Shown here in pieces: positions 8,825-17,910 of a stretch of 38,437 nucleotides of DNA. Under the pieces are notes generated by a model. That model searched no databases. It had not been told where the DNA came from and worked only from the letters and a program-made list of their open reading frames with translations. The translations under genes were made by a program, and so were the position numbers. Every line of letters starts with the position of its first letter. Positions within the stretch are counted from its first letter, which is position 1. The DNA comes from Armatimonadota bacterium (GTDB lineage: Bacteria > Armatimonadota > UBA5829 > DTLH01), in assembly GCA_039679675.1 (NCBI GenBank), contig JBDKUN010000027.1, positions 1-38,437 on the forward strand, written 5' to 3'.

Positions 8825-10021
8825 CTACGAACCCATCCCCCTATAATTTCCTCCGTAGTACTCCGTATAGAAGTCCTTAAGGATCATAAAGGCAATAATC
8901 CCTGCGGCTACGATCAGCATAACCAGAAGCAAATAGCCGAATTTTTCAAGTGTAGCCTCGGCCTCGTTGCTATAGTACTCGCTGACCTTGTCCATAACAA
9001 GGTCCATGCTGCCGGTCTTTTCCCCGGTGGTCATCATCCCCAGAACCATTTCCGGGATCTTACCGGTTCTCGCAAGCGCGTCTGAAAGGTGCCCGCCTTC
9101 GCGGAGCTGAGGAATGGATGACTTCAGCGCACGAGAGATCACAACATTGCCCACTGCATCCGATCCAAGCTCCACAGCCTGAGCCAGAGGTACGCCCGCA
9201 TTACACATAATCGAAAACGCCGATGTGAACCGGGCTATCGCGAGTTTTCTCGCTACCTCGCCAAGAACCGGGAACGAAATCTTTAAACTATCCCACCCGT
9301 ATCGGATGGGTGGGATCAGAAGAAGCACTTTTATCAGAAAATACAGAATCGCACAGACCAGAAGGACCGGCAGCAGCTCGCTGGTCAATATTTGCTGCAC
9401 TCTCGGCCAGCCCTGGTCGATAATCTCCCCTACTTTAGAGACTGGCCTCAAAAAGAGTGCAGCGGCAATTATAAAGACACCGACGATCTTCGGGTAAAGT
9501 GTAATTTTGGAGAATTTGCGCCTGATCTCCAGCTCGCGTTCGAGGTAGCAGGCGATCTGCTCTATCATCGAGTCCATCGCCCCGCTGGTCTCGCCTATTC
9601 TCACAAGCCCGATCTGGATCGGAGTAAAAACCCTGGGATACATAGCGAAGAAATTGGAGAGCATCCCCCCGTTTCGCACGTATTCCGCCGCGCGGACAGC
9701 CAAAACCTGGATCCGGCCCGTTCCCTTTTGCCTGCCGACGCTGTCGAGCGACTCACTTATCGACATCCCGGCCTTAATCATCGTGGCCATCTGCCGGAAA
9801 AAGACGGCGAGCGACCTCAGGCTGACACCGGACCAGAACGCGGCAAAACCCGCCGATTGGGATGGCGCGGACGATTGCCTGGTGCGCTCCTCGCGCAGTT
9901 CCAGCGGCCAGCAGCCCATCTCACGTATTTTCCCTGCCGCAGAACGGCTGTCGGCTGCTTCCACCGTACCGGTCACTATCTCACCAGACTTGTTTTTTGC
10001 TTTGTAGATAAAGTTTGGCAT
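8825..10021 (-). CDS. pilC: Type II secretion F / type IV pilus platform protein (PilC/GspF family), paralog 2
   Basis: 'MPNFIYKAKNKSGEIVTGTVEA', 'FFRQMATMIKAG', 'GETSG', 'GEKTGSMD'. Start moved to ATG 10021 on family N-terminus. Confidence 0.88.
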   Translation of the reverse strand: MPNFIYKAKNKSGEIVTGTVEAADSRSAAGKIREMGCWPLELREERTRQSSAPSQSAGFAAFWSGVSLRSLAVFFRQMATMIKAGMSISESLDSVGRQKGTGRIQVLAVRAAEYVRNGGMLSNFFAMYPRVFTPIQIGLVRIGETSGAMDSMIEQIACYLERELEIRRKFSKITLYPKIVGVFIIAAALFLRPVSKVGEIIDQGWPRVQQILTSELLPVLLVCAILYFLIKVLLLIPPIRYGWDSLKISFPVLGEVARKLAIARFTSAFSIMCNAGVPLAQAVELGSDAVGNVVISRALKSSIPQLREGGHLSDALARTGKIPEMVLGMMTTGEKTGSMDLVMDKVSEYYSNEAEATLEKFGYLLLVMLIVAAGIIAFMILKDFYTEYYGGNYRGMGS

Positions 10022-10025
10022 GTGA

Positions 10026-11315
10026 TTACCCCAATCCACCGAGCCTCATGCCGATCCTAAGGTAAGCAGCAACGGCCTTGATAATCATCCACCCTGTTAC
10101 GATGATAATAGGTAGAATCAACATGCTCGTAGCAATAAGCCGGCCCCTGACTTTGAACCCGTTGATAGCCTCCGTATGGTAATTTGCTATCCTTTCAAGC
10201 ATTTCTGGTACGTTTCCGGCCGTCTCCGCAGTCTTTACAAGGTTTACCTCTTCAGTAGTAAAGACATTGGATGAAGCAAGAGTATTGTAGAACGACGAAT
10301 TCGGCTGGCGGAACGAATCGGCCACTCTCCTTAATCTCTGGGCTATTTCCGAGTTTCGCACAGTCACGCTTGCGGCAGCCCAGGCCTGAGCCGGAGCAAC
10401 ACTGGCGTTGTACAGCTTGAAAAGAGTCTTGAAGAACCGTTCTCTTGCCTTAGCAAGATGCAGCGGCCCCCAGAGAGGAACAAGCAGAAGGGCAGAATCA
10501 AGCGCTCTCCTTACCGATGGGACTTTCTTTAACCGCCCCCAGCCATAGGCAAGAATAATCCATATGATAAATGCCGGAATCGATATGTGTATAAATCCCT
10601 CATTGTAGACCTCAGCAACGGATCTGACAGCCTGTGACGGACTCACCATACCTATCTCGCTGCCTGACGATTGGCCTGCGGTCCTCATCGTTATTTCGCT
10701 GAGAAATTTTTCCATATTCCACATAGGCAGCAATAAAATGAGGGAGAAGATGTTCAGTTTAGCTACCCACCATCCTACGCTTCCCCAAAGCCGGTCCTTG
10801 ACTTCCGTTTCGATCTCTGTCGCGGCCTCGTCTAAAGCAACATCCAGATAACCGCCCAATTCGCCGGACCAGATAATTCCTACTGTGTGGGACGGAAATA
10901 TGCGGGGATACGCCGCCATAGAGGAAGAAAGGCTGGCCCCAACCTGCACCTTGGCTGCCATCTCTCCGCAAATTTTTCGGAGTTTCCGGTTCTTTGTCGC
11001 GTTTTGGAGCTCATCCAGCGATTGGATGAGCGGCATTCCGGCACGGACCAGCGTTGCCAACTGGCGGTAGAACCCTGACAGTTGGCGCAGCCTCACAGAA
11101 GGCTCGATACTTACCGGAACTTCGGGTTGAGCTTTCGGCTGCCGGACTGCGGCCGCTCGCGCCGGTTTGGAATATGCAGACGCGGGCACAATTGCCTTGA
11201 GCGCATAGCCCATCGTCGAAAGGCGCTGTGCGACGGCCTGCTCATCTGCCGCATTCATGGCCCCTCGGACCAACTTTCCGGATTTGTCTACTGCTTCATA
11301 TCGAAAAACGGCCAT
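10026..11315 (-). CDS. pilC: Type II secretion F / type IV pilus platform protein (PilC/GspF family), paralog 1 (more divergent)
   Basis: 'MAVFRYEAVDKSGKLVRG', 'FYRQLATLVRAGMPL', 'GELGGYLD', 'AETAGNVPEMLERIA'. Confidence 0.85.
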   Translation of the reverse strand: MAVFRYEAVDKSGKLVRGAMNAADEQAVAQRLSTMGYALKAIVPASAYSKPARAAAVRQPKAQPEVPVSIEPSVRLRQLSGFYRQLATLVRAGMPLIQSLDELQNATKNRKLRKICGEMAAKVQVGASLSSSMAAYPRIFPSHTVGIIWSGELGGYLDVALDEAATEIETEVKDRLWGSVGWWVAKLNIFSLILLLPMWNMEKFLSEITMRTAGQSSGSEIGMVSPSQAVRSVAEVYNEGFIHISIPAFIIWIILAYGWGRLKKVPSVRRALDSALLLVPLWGPLHLAKARERFFKTLFKLYNASVAPAQAWAAASVTVRNSEIAQRLRRVADSFRQPNSSFYNTLASSNVFTTEEVNLVKTAETAGNVPEMLERIANYHTEAINGFKVRGRLIATSMLILPIIIVTGWMIIKAVAAYLRIGMRLGGLG

Positions 11316-11339
11316 TACAAGTATGGGTGCAGATAGAGC

Positions 11340-11834
11340 CTAGCCGATCTTATGCACCCTCTCCTTTTCAGCGTTATCTTCTTCAGCAGCCGACCGTGCG
11401 GCTTCCGCTGCAGTCTGCCCGCCGGGGAGCATAAGACCCGGCGCTATCTCCGCAAGAGGTTCCAGCACGAACCTCCGCTCAGTCATCATCGGGTGAGGGA
11501 TTTTGATCCCTTCCTCGTCGATTGTCTCGCTCCCGTAGAGTAGAATATCTATATCTATGACTCTCGGTCCCCAACGAAATGTTCGCTTTCTGCCCATTAA
11601 ATCCTCTATTGCATGGACCACATCCAAAAGCTCGCGGGGACTGAGAGCCGTTTCGACTAAAACAACTGCGTTTATGAAGTCTGGCTGGTCCTTGTACCCG
11701 ACCGGGGAGGTCTCGTACATCGACGAGACCCGCATGACATCTATCTGCGGATTTTCCGCAAGAAATTCGACTGCGCGGCTGATATTCCCTTCCCGGTCAT
11801 TAAGGTTCGATCCAAGTCCCAGATAAACTTTCAC
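11340..11834 (-). CDS. folK: 2-amino-4-hydroxy-6-hydroxymethyldihydropteridine diphosphokinase
   Basis: 'YLGLGSN', 'QPDFINAV', 'RWGPRVIDIDIL', 'IPHP...RRFVLEPL'. Confidence 0.97.
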   Translation of the reverse strand: MKVYLGLGSNLNDREGNISRAVEFLAENPQIDVMRVSSMYETSPVGYKDQPDFINAVVLVETALSPRELLDVVHAIEDLMGRKRTFRWGPRVIDIDILLYGSETIDEEGIKIPHPMMTERRFVLEPLAEIAPGLMLPGGQTAAEAARSAAEEDNAEKERVHKIG

Positions 11835-11840
11835 AAACTC

Positions 11841-12818
11841 TCATAGACCTTCCTGAAGCACCAGCGTCACTCCGCCCATGATCCCGGCATCATCTCCGAG
11901 TTCCGCGCGGACCACCTTGCAGACGCTACGGGACTGTTTCAGCGCGAGTGCTTCTACCGTCCTCAAAAGCGGACCCCAGAGCACTTCTCCGGCCTGTGCG
12001 ATGCCGCCGCCGATTATAACCATCTCAGGGTTTATCAGGTTGATGGCGTTCGAAACGCCTACACCTACATAATAGGCTGTCTCGGCCATCGTTTCGATAG
12101 CGACCTCGTCCCCAGCTTCAGCAGCTTTCGAAATATCCGCAGGGGTGATGCTCCAGAGAAGCCAGTCTTCGTCCCGGATCAGCATGCTGGGGCGTCCCAA
12201 CTGGATCTTCCTCGCTGCGCGTTTGATTATGGCGTCTCTACCGGCAAGCGACTCAAGGCAGCCGTATCTGTTGCAACTGCAGAGCGGGCCGTCCGGCAGG
12301 ACGATGGTGTGCCCGATCTCGGCAGCGCTGTCATTTGCGCCGACCCACAGTTTCCCGTCGAGGATAATCCCTCCGCCGATGCCCGTGCCGAGTGTGAGCA
12401 TAACAAGCGTGCTTACGTTTCTTCCGGCTCCGAATTTATACTCTCCGAGCGCTGCGACATTTACGTCGTTACCCATAAATACAGGCAGCCCCAATTCTTC
12501 TTTTATGGGCATAAGCAGTTGAACGCCGTGCCAGTCCTTGAAGTTCGGGGACCACATTGTGATCCCTTCTTTGGAATTGTGCCAGCCGGGAACACCCATG
12601 CCGACTCCTGCGACCTGCGACAGGTCTATATCCGCACTCGTCACAGCCAACCGGATAGACTTGATGATCTGCCCGACAGTCACATCCACGCCTTCTGTGG
12701 CAAGAGACGGCACGCGCCCTTCACCCACTATCTTTCCGTCTCTCGTAGTCGCCGCAGCCCGGACATTCGTACCCCCGAGGTCCACCCCGACTATGTAAGG
12801 TTTTACTTCACCGCTCAA
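11841..12818 (-). CDS. ROK-family sugar kinase (glucokinase-like)
   Basis: 'GVDLGGT', 'NDVNVAALGE', 'GTGIGGG', 'EIGH', zinc motif 'CSCNRYGCLE'. TTG start with AGGAGA RBS; no N-terminal HTH. Confidence 0.92.
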   Translation of the reverse strand: MSGEVKPYIVGVDLGGTNVRAAATTRDGKIVGEGRVPSLATEGVDVTVGQIIKSIRLAVTSADIDLSQVAGVGMGVPGWHNSKEGITMWSPNFKDWHGVQLLMPIKEELGLPVFMGNDVNVAALGEYKFGAGRNVSTLVMLTLGTGIGGGIILDGKLWVGANDSAAEIGHTIVLPDGPLCSCNRYGCLESLAGRDAIIKRAARKIQLGRPSMLIRDEDWLLWSITPADISKAAEAGDEVAIETMAETAYYVGVGVSNAINLINPEMVIIGGGIAQAGEVLWGPLLRTVEALALKQSRSVCKVVRAELGDDAGIMGGVTLVLQEGL

Positions 12819-12852
12819 TTTTTATCTCCTGAATTAAAATATTACCGACTTA

Positions 12853-12882
12853 AATATATCCTTCACCCTGATCAGGTGTCAA
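12853..12882 (-). promoter_or_regulatory. Putative sigma70 promoter for the ROK-folK-pilC-pilC-J-domain-panB operon
   Basis: Minus strand TTGACA (12882-12877), 18 nt, TATATT (12858-12853). Confidence 0.55.
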
Positions 12883-12909
12883 CGGGAGTATCACCTAAAA
12901 TATCAACCG

Positions 12910-12918
12910 TGATATAAT
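12910..12918 (+). promoter_or_regulatory. Putative extended -10 promoter (TGnTATAAT) for the DUF1015 cluster
   Basis: TGATATAAT at 12910-12918, upstream of AAGGAG RBS (12941-12946). Confidence 0.55.
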
Positions 12919-12953
12919 GACGGGATAGTTTGGCTTACACAAGGAGTATCGGT

Positions 12954-14204
12954 TTGGTCAGGATTGCCCCGTTTAAAGGCATTCGGTATAACACAGAGAT
13001 CGTGGACCCCCGCGACGTGACTAGCCCGCCGTACGATGTAATATCACCAGCGGACCGAATGTGCTTCCACGACAAGCACCCGAAAAACGCCATCAGGCTG
13101 ATCCTCGGCCTGGATATGCCCGATGATACTCCTTCGAATAACAAATTTACTCGCGCAAGTGAATATTTTTCCGAATGGCTGGCGGAAGGGACGCTCATTC
13201 AGGACCCGAAACCTGCCATTTACGCTTACGAGCAGCATTTCGAGCTGGACGGAAAGCCGAAAACGGTGAGAGGCCTAGTCTCGCTGGTCAAACTGCATGA
13301 ATATTCGGAAGGAGTGATACTTCCGCACGAAAACACGCTCCCAAAGCCGAAATCCGACCTTTCGAAGCTGATCAAGGCCACCAATGCAAATATGGACTCC
13401 GTATATGCGCTCTACCCGGACCGGGAACACAAGGTGGATGCCATTCTGGAACGTGTTGCGGGCACGGCTCCTGCCGAAGAGGCAATAGACCGGCAGAATG
13501 TCAGGCACAGGCTCTGGATTATAAATGACGAAACCGACATCGAAGCCATAACCGATGCTCTTGATGCTGAACCGGCGGTAATCGCGGACGGACACCACCG
13601 CTACGAGACGGCGCTTAATTATAGAAACGAACTGCGTAAAAAAGACAGCGATACATCAGGCGACAAACCTTACGATTATGTTATGATGACTCTCGTGAAT
13701 GTCTATTCACCCGATGTAACCGTCTGGCCGACTCACAGGATGGTTCGCGGCCTTCCGGCAGGCGTTGTCGATGCACTGAAACAACGGCTATCGGAGATGT
13801 TCGACGTAATACCGTCATCGAAAGAGACGCTGGCAGCGGACATGGCGGCGCGGAGCGGGAAATCCATCGGTGTCTACCAGCCGGGACAGGCCTATCTTGC
13901 CGATATAAAGGACAAAGCAGCCGGACTTGATGTGCTGACCCTTCATGAAGTCATTTTGGACGGCCTGCTAGGGATCGATGAGGCTCGCATCCGGGAGGAA
14001 GCGAATGTCGGCTACACCAGGGACGCGAGCGAAGCAATCGACGCAGTAGATTCCGGCAGCTGCCAGATAGCATTTCTGCTAAACCCTGTAGAGCTCGAAG
14101 TTATCCTGTCCACAGCCCGCGCGGGCAGGACGCTGCCGCAGAAGGCTACATATTTCTATCCAAAATTGCTGTCGGGACTGATAATGCGCAAGATTGAGTG
14201 GTAA
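12954..14204 (+). CDS. DUF1015 family protein
   Basis: 'PFKGIRY', 'SPPYDVIS', 'ILPHENT', 'IADGHHRYETAL', 'PTHR', 'PQKATYFYPKLLSGL'. TTG 12954 chosen from the RBS. Confidence 0.9.
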   Translation: MVRIAPFKGIRYNTEIVDPRDVTSPPYDVISPADRMCFHDKHPKNAIRLILGLDMPDDTPSNNKFTRASEYFSEWLAEGTLIQDPKPAIYAYEQHFELDGKPKTVRGLVSLVKLHEYSEGVILPHENTLPKPKSDLSKLIKATNANMDSVYALYPDREHKVDAILERVAGTAPAEEAIDRQNVRHRLWIINDETDIEAITDALDAEPAVIADGHHRYETALNYRNELRKKDSDTSGDKPYDYVMMTLVNVYSPDVTVWPTHRMVRGLPAGVVDALKQRLSEMFDVIPSSKETLAADMAARSGKSIGVYQPGQAYLADIKDKAAGLDVLTLHEVILDGLLGIDEARIREEANVGYTRDASEAIDAVDSGSCQIAFLLNPVELEVILSTARAGRTLPQKATYFYPKLLSGLIMRKIEW

Positions 14205-14210
14205 TCCAAT

Positions 14211-16163
14211 ATGAACAATGACCGATTATTCACCGGAAACAGATTTGTGGCGATTCCTGATATTCTCAAGTCCCGCTGCGGGATAATGGACATCAGTTTC
14301 GTATACATGCTCTACCGTTCTGTAATAGAATTGCGCGGTACTGAAGATGAACCGTTCCTTACGCCCCATATTGCCGTCGGTAAGGAAGCGCTTGACCTTT
14401 CCAAAGCCGACTGGGCGCAGGAGCGCTACTGGATACCTTCATTCAGACTCAACGAACGAGGCATCAAAGTCCATTCACGGATTTTACCCGCCCTTTATCA
14501 CAGAGGGTTCGTCTGGACAATCGAACTTGAGTCTCAATCGAACAGTACTCTCGATGTAGACATCACGTGGAACAGCAATTGGCAGGACGCAAAACATGTA
14601 GTCCATGTTTCACGGCCTATGAGGGGCGAGCGTGTGGGTGCGGTGAGCCCGCTTCATGGGGGGATACCGTTCGTCGAATTCAGGGGCATAGCGCCTGTTT
14701 TCGCCGTTGCCTTCTGCCCGTCCGAGAAGATGGATATGGCAATCTCATCGAGCGCCAACCCTGAAAACACCATTTTGTCTCCCGAACAGGACGGAGTCAT
14801 AGCTCAGTTCGGCGAGCAAATTCGCTGCCAGCTCTCAACCGGCATAAAACTTGAGCCTGGGCAGAAAAAGACCATTTCACTTTACATCGGCATCGGGCTG
14901 GAAGAAATATCGGCTGTCACATCCGCTGTAGACTTGATGCGCCACGGCACAGAGCGTGTCCTTAATGACCTATATATGTGGATAGATGACCACAAGCTGG
15001 CCCTGGGTGACGAACAACTGAACCGAATTGCCAACATAAACTCTCTTTATAACTTCTTCTATTCGGAAGCGTTCACGCTGGATACGGAGGAACTGGTCCT
15101 GCTTACATCGAGGAATTCCGGTTATGATAAAAGTAGTTCCTACAAAGACAGAGACGCCATGATGTGGAGCCTGCCTGCGGTGCTGCAGATCGAACCGGTT
15201 CAAGCCAGGAGGATGCTGGTGCATGCGCTCACGGTCCAGTTGAGAAATGTCGGCATCCAGAGCAAGTTCATAGACGGAGTTATATTGGAGCCCGGCTTTG
15301 CACTCGACGAGTTGTGCGCGCCTATCCGCGGGCTTTCGATGTATGTCCGAGCCACCGGCGATATGTCGATCCTGTTCGACCGCAGGGTCCAGATGGGCGT
15401 AAACCGCATACACAAGATACTCCAGTCGAAGAAAAACAAGTCCGTGGCGCTCTTCGAGACGATGCTGCAGCCTTCGGATGATGTGGCAATGTACCCTTAC
15501 ATCACCTACAACAATGTCCTGGTATGGCGCGTGCTCCGCGACCTCGAATGGATGTATGAACTCATCCACGATCTCGACAGGAGCGATGACAACAACCAAC
15601 TGGCGCGGCAGGTGCAGAAAGCGGTTATGGGAAACTGCGTCGTCGAAGGCCCGTTCGGCCCTATGTTCGCTTGGGCGGTAGACCTCAAGGGCAATTATCA
15701 AATTTCGGATGACCCCTACGGCAGCCTGCAGCTTCTATCCTGGCTGGAGTTCTGTCAACCGAGCCTGCCCGCCTATCGGAATACCGTCAAGTGGATACAT
15801 TCGCCTGAAAACCCTTACTCCTTCCACTCGGCAGAGTTCTCCGCTCCCGGCAGCGAAAGTGTGAACCACCCATCGATAGCGAGCGTGGCCAACGATCTTT
15901 TGGCAGGAAGATCTGCACAGGCAATAGACTTTCTGAAGCGCGCTGAGATGGACGGCGGAATCGCCTGCGAGTCGGTAGACGAAAATACCGGAAAAACCGC
16001 AACAGGAAGATCATTTGCATCATGCGCAGGATACCTTGCGTTTGCGCTTGCGGCTACTCTAGGAGAGAAAGCACACGGCCCCGAACTTGAACCGAGCGAA
16101 CGGCTTTATGTGCCGCCGCCCCAGGAGATCGTCGATTCGATAGACGCCGAAACGATGATGTAG
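14211..16163 (+). CDS. Six-hairpin glycosidase, GH125-like long form with N-terminal beta domain
   Basis: Ordered motifs 'YKDRD', 'GFALDEL', 'QPSDD', 'DDPYGSLQLL', 'ACESVD' parallel GH125 WLRD / YEIDS / RPSDD / DDANxPSLL / HESF. Confidence 0.65.
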   Translation: MNNDRLFTGNRFVAIPDILKSRCGIMDISFVYMLYRSVIELRGTEDEPFLTPHIAVGKEALDLSKADWAQERYWIPSFRLNERGIKVHSRILPALYHRGFVWTIELESQSNSTLDVDITWNSNWQDAKHVVHVSRPMRGERVGAVSPLHGGIPFVEFRGIAPVFAVAFCPSEKMDMAISSSANPENTILSPEQDGVIAQFGEQIRCQLSTGIKLEPGQKKTISLYIGIGLEEISAVTSAVDLMRHGTERVLNDLYMWIDDHKLALGDEQLNRIANINSLYNFFYSEAFTLDTEELVLLTSRNSGYDKSSSYKDRDAMMWSLPAVLQIEPVQARRMLVHALTVQLRNVGIQSKFIDGVILEPGFALDELCAPIRGLSMYVRATGDMSILFDRRVQMGVNRIHKILQSKKNKSVALFETMLQPSDDVAMYPYITYNNVLVWRVLRDLEWMYELIHDLDRSDDNNQLARQVQKAVMGNCVVEGPFGPMFAWAVDLKGNYQISDDPYGSLQLLSWLEFCQPSLPAYRNTVKWIHSPENPYSFHSAEFSAPGSESVNHPSIASVANDLLAGRSAQAIDFLKRAEMDGGIACESVDENTGKTATGRSFASCAGYLAFALAATLGEKAHGPELEPSERLYVPPPQEIVDSIDAETMM

Positions 16164-16233
16164 AGGGTGGATTTGAGCTAGAATTTGGATTGGTGGAGGC
16201 CCAAAGTGTACAATAAATTGGAGGTTGTGATCC

Positions 16234-17496
16234 ATGAGCATAGATATTGAGCGTATTTCCGAAGAGACGATTGAGAAATATCGTAATTACGTGAACCCAT
16301 CGATGGCAAACCTGCTGAAGTTCGGTGGTTTTTCCATTCCTGAAAAAGAAGCATATGGCTGCTATATAAAAGATATGGCGGGCAACGAGTATCTGGACTG
16401 CGTCGGCGGCTACGGGGCATTCAGCCTCGGCCATCTGCACCCAAGAGTAGTCCAGGCCGTCAAAGACCAGTTGGAAAAAGAAGCTCTGAAAAGCCATTAC
16501 TTCGTATCCACAGAGCTCGCCGACCTCTGCGAACTGCTTTCTGAAGTCATGCCGGGAAATCTGCAGTATTCTTTTATCTGCAACTCCGGGACCGAAGCGG
16601 TGGAGGGCGCACTTAAGGCTGCACGTGTCCATACAGGACGTCCAGGGTATGTCGGAGCCATCAATGCGTTCCATGGCAAAACATACGGCGGGCTTTCAGT
16701 CTCCGGCAGAGAGGTCTACAGGACTAAGTTCTACCCGCTGTTGTCCGGTGTAAAGCATGTGCCTTACGGTGATATTCAGGCGATGGCTGATGCGGTAGAT
16801 GAGACTACTGCCGCTGTCATACTCGAAGTAGTTCAGGGAGAAGGCGGCGTCATTATTCCTCCCGATGGCTATCTTCCTGAGGTAAGGGAGATATGCAACA
16901 AGAAAGGCGCGCTTTTGATTCTGGACGAAGTCCGCACCGGGTTCGGCCGGACAGGAGCGATGTTCGCATGCGAGCATTACGATATTGTTCCTGATATTTT
17001 GACGATGGCAAAGGCATTAGGCGGAGGCGTAATGCCGGTTGGAGCGTTCAGTTCAAATGCCGAAGTCTGGAATTCGCTCTTCGGCAAGAACCCGTATCTG
17101 CATTCTTCGACATTCGGAGGGAATCCACTGGCGTGCGCAGCGTCAATCGCAGCCATTAAGACGACAATAGACGAAGGTCTTGTGGACCGTTCCGCAAAAC
17201 TGGGCGATAAGCTCCTTTCCGAGCTGCGTAAGATTGCCGCAAAGCATCCTGATTATATCAAGGAAGTCAGGGGGAAAGGTCTCCTTGCCGGAATAGAGTT
17301 CGCTGTGGATGATTTTGCATCACTTGTAATAACCGTCTGCGGCAAACATAACCTTCTCGTAGCATACAGTTTGAACAACCCGAAGGTTATAAGGATCGAG
17401 CCGCCGCTCATCATCACGCCGGAAGAGCTTGACCGCGCAATAGGGATCATCGATCTGGCGATAACCGAGACAGCGGCACTCGTTTCCGGGATATGA
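16234..17496 (+). CDS. Class III PLP aminotransferase, putrescine aminotransferase (PatA/YgjG)-like
   Basis: 'YVNP', 'DCVGGYG', 'CNSGTEAVE', 'AFHGKT', 'QGEGG', PLP lysine 'AKALGGGVMP', 'HSSTFGGNPLAC', 'LNNPKVIRIEPPL', recalling E. coli PatA. Confidence 0.85.
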   Translation: MSIDIERISEETIEKYRNYVNPSMANLLKFGGFSIPEKEAYGCYIKDMAGNEYLDCVGGYGAFSLGHLHPRVVQAVKDQLEKEALKSHYFVSTELADLCELLSEVMPGNLQYSFICNSGTEAVEGALKAARVHTGRPGYVGAINAFHGKTYGGLSVSGREVYRTKFYPLLSGVKHVPYGDIQAMADAVDETTAAVILEVVQGEGGVIIPPDGYLPEVREICNKKGALLILDEVRTGFGRTGAMFACEHYDIVPDILTMAKALGGGVMPVGAFSSNAEVWNSLFGKNPYLHSSTFGGNPLACAASIAAIKTTIDEGLVDRSAKLGDKLLSELRKIAAKHPDYIKEVRGKGLLAGIEFAVDDFASLVITVCGKHNLLVAYSLNNPKVIRIEPPLIITPEELDRAIGIIDLAITETAALVSGI

Positions 17497-17517
17497 TAAT
17501 CTGTAGAAAGAAAATCA

Positions 17518-17910
17518 ATGGCTATAGATAGAACAATAACATCATTCAGTCGTGAAGAAAGAAGGCGCATGTCGCAGGCCCAGCGGACCGGGCGGGGGTT
17601 TACTCCTCCGGGGCCCGGACAGCAGCGGAGAGGCAGTGGATGTTGTCTTTTTCTGCTCCTGTTGGTCGTGGCAATTATAGCCTACGCTTATATTGAAGCC
17701 TACTGGCTGGCTCCAAAGCGCGAAAAACAGGAAAAGAAAGAGAGCTCCTCGGTATCATCGGTCATAGTTATGAAGACTGATGAACAGGGGATAACGACAG
17801 GCGGCATAACGCCGGTTGTCATGGCTTCCATGTGTATGTTAAAATTGCCTTATCTTGTGCCTGCACATAATACCAGCAGGCCGAACTGGACGGGAACGCA
17901 AATTGGCTAA
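17518..17910 (+). CDS. Small single-pass membrane protein of unknown function
   Basis: Arg-rich N-terminus, 'GSGCCLFLLLLVVAIIAYAYI' TM segment. Fills the gap between the aminotransferase and the GlmL-like gene and overlaps the latter's start. Confidence 0.55.
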   Translation: MAIDRTITSFSREERRRMSQAQRTGRGFTPPGPGQQRRGSGCCLFLLLLVVAIIAYAYIEAYWLAPKREKQEKKESSSVSSVIVMKTDEQGITTGGITPVVMASMCMLKLPYLVPAHNTSRPNWTGTQIG

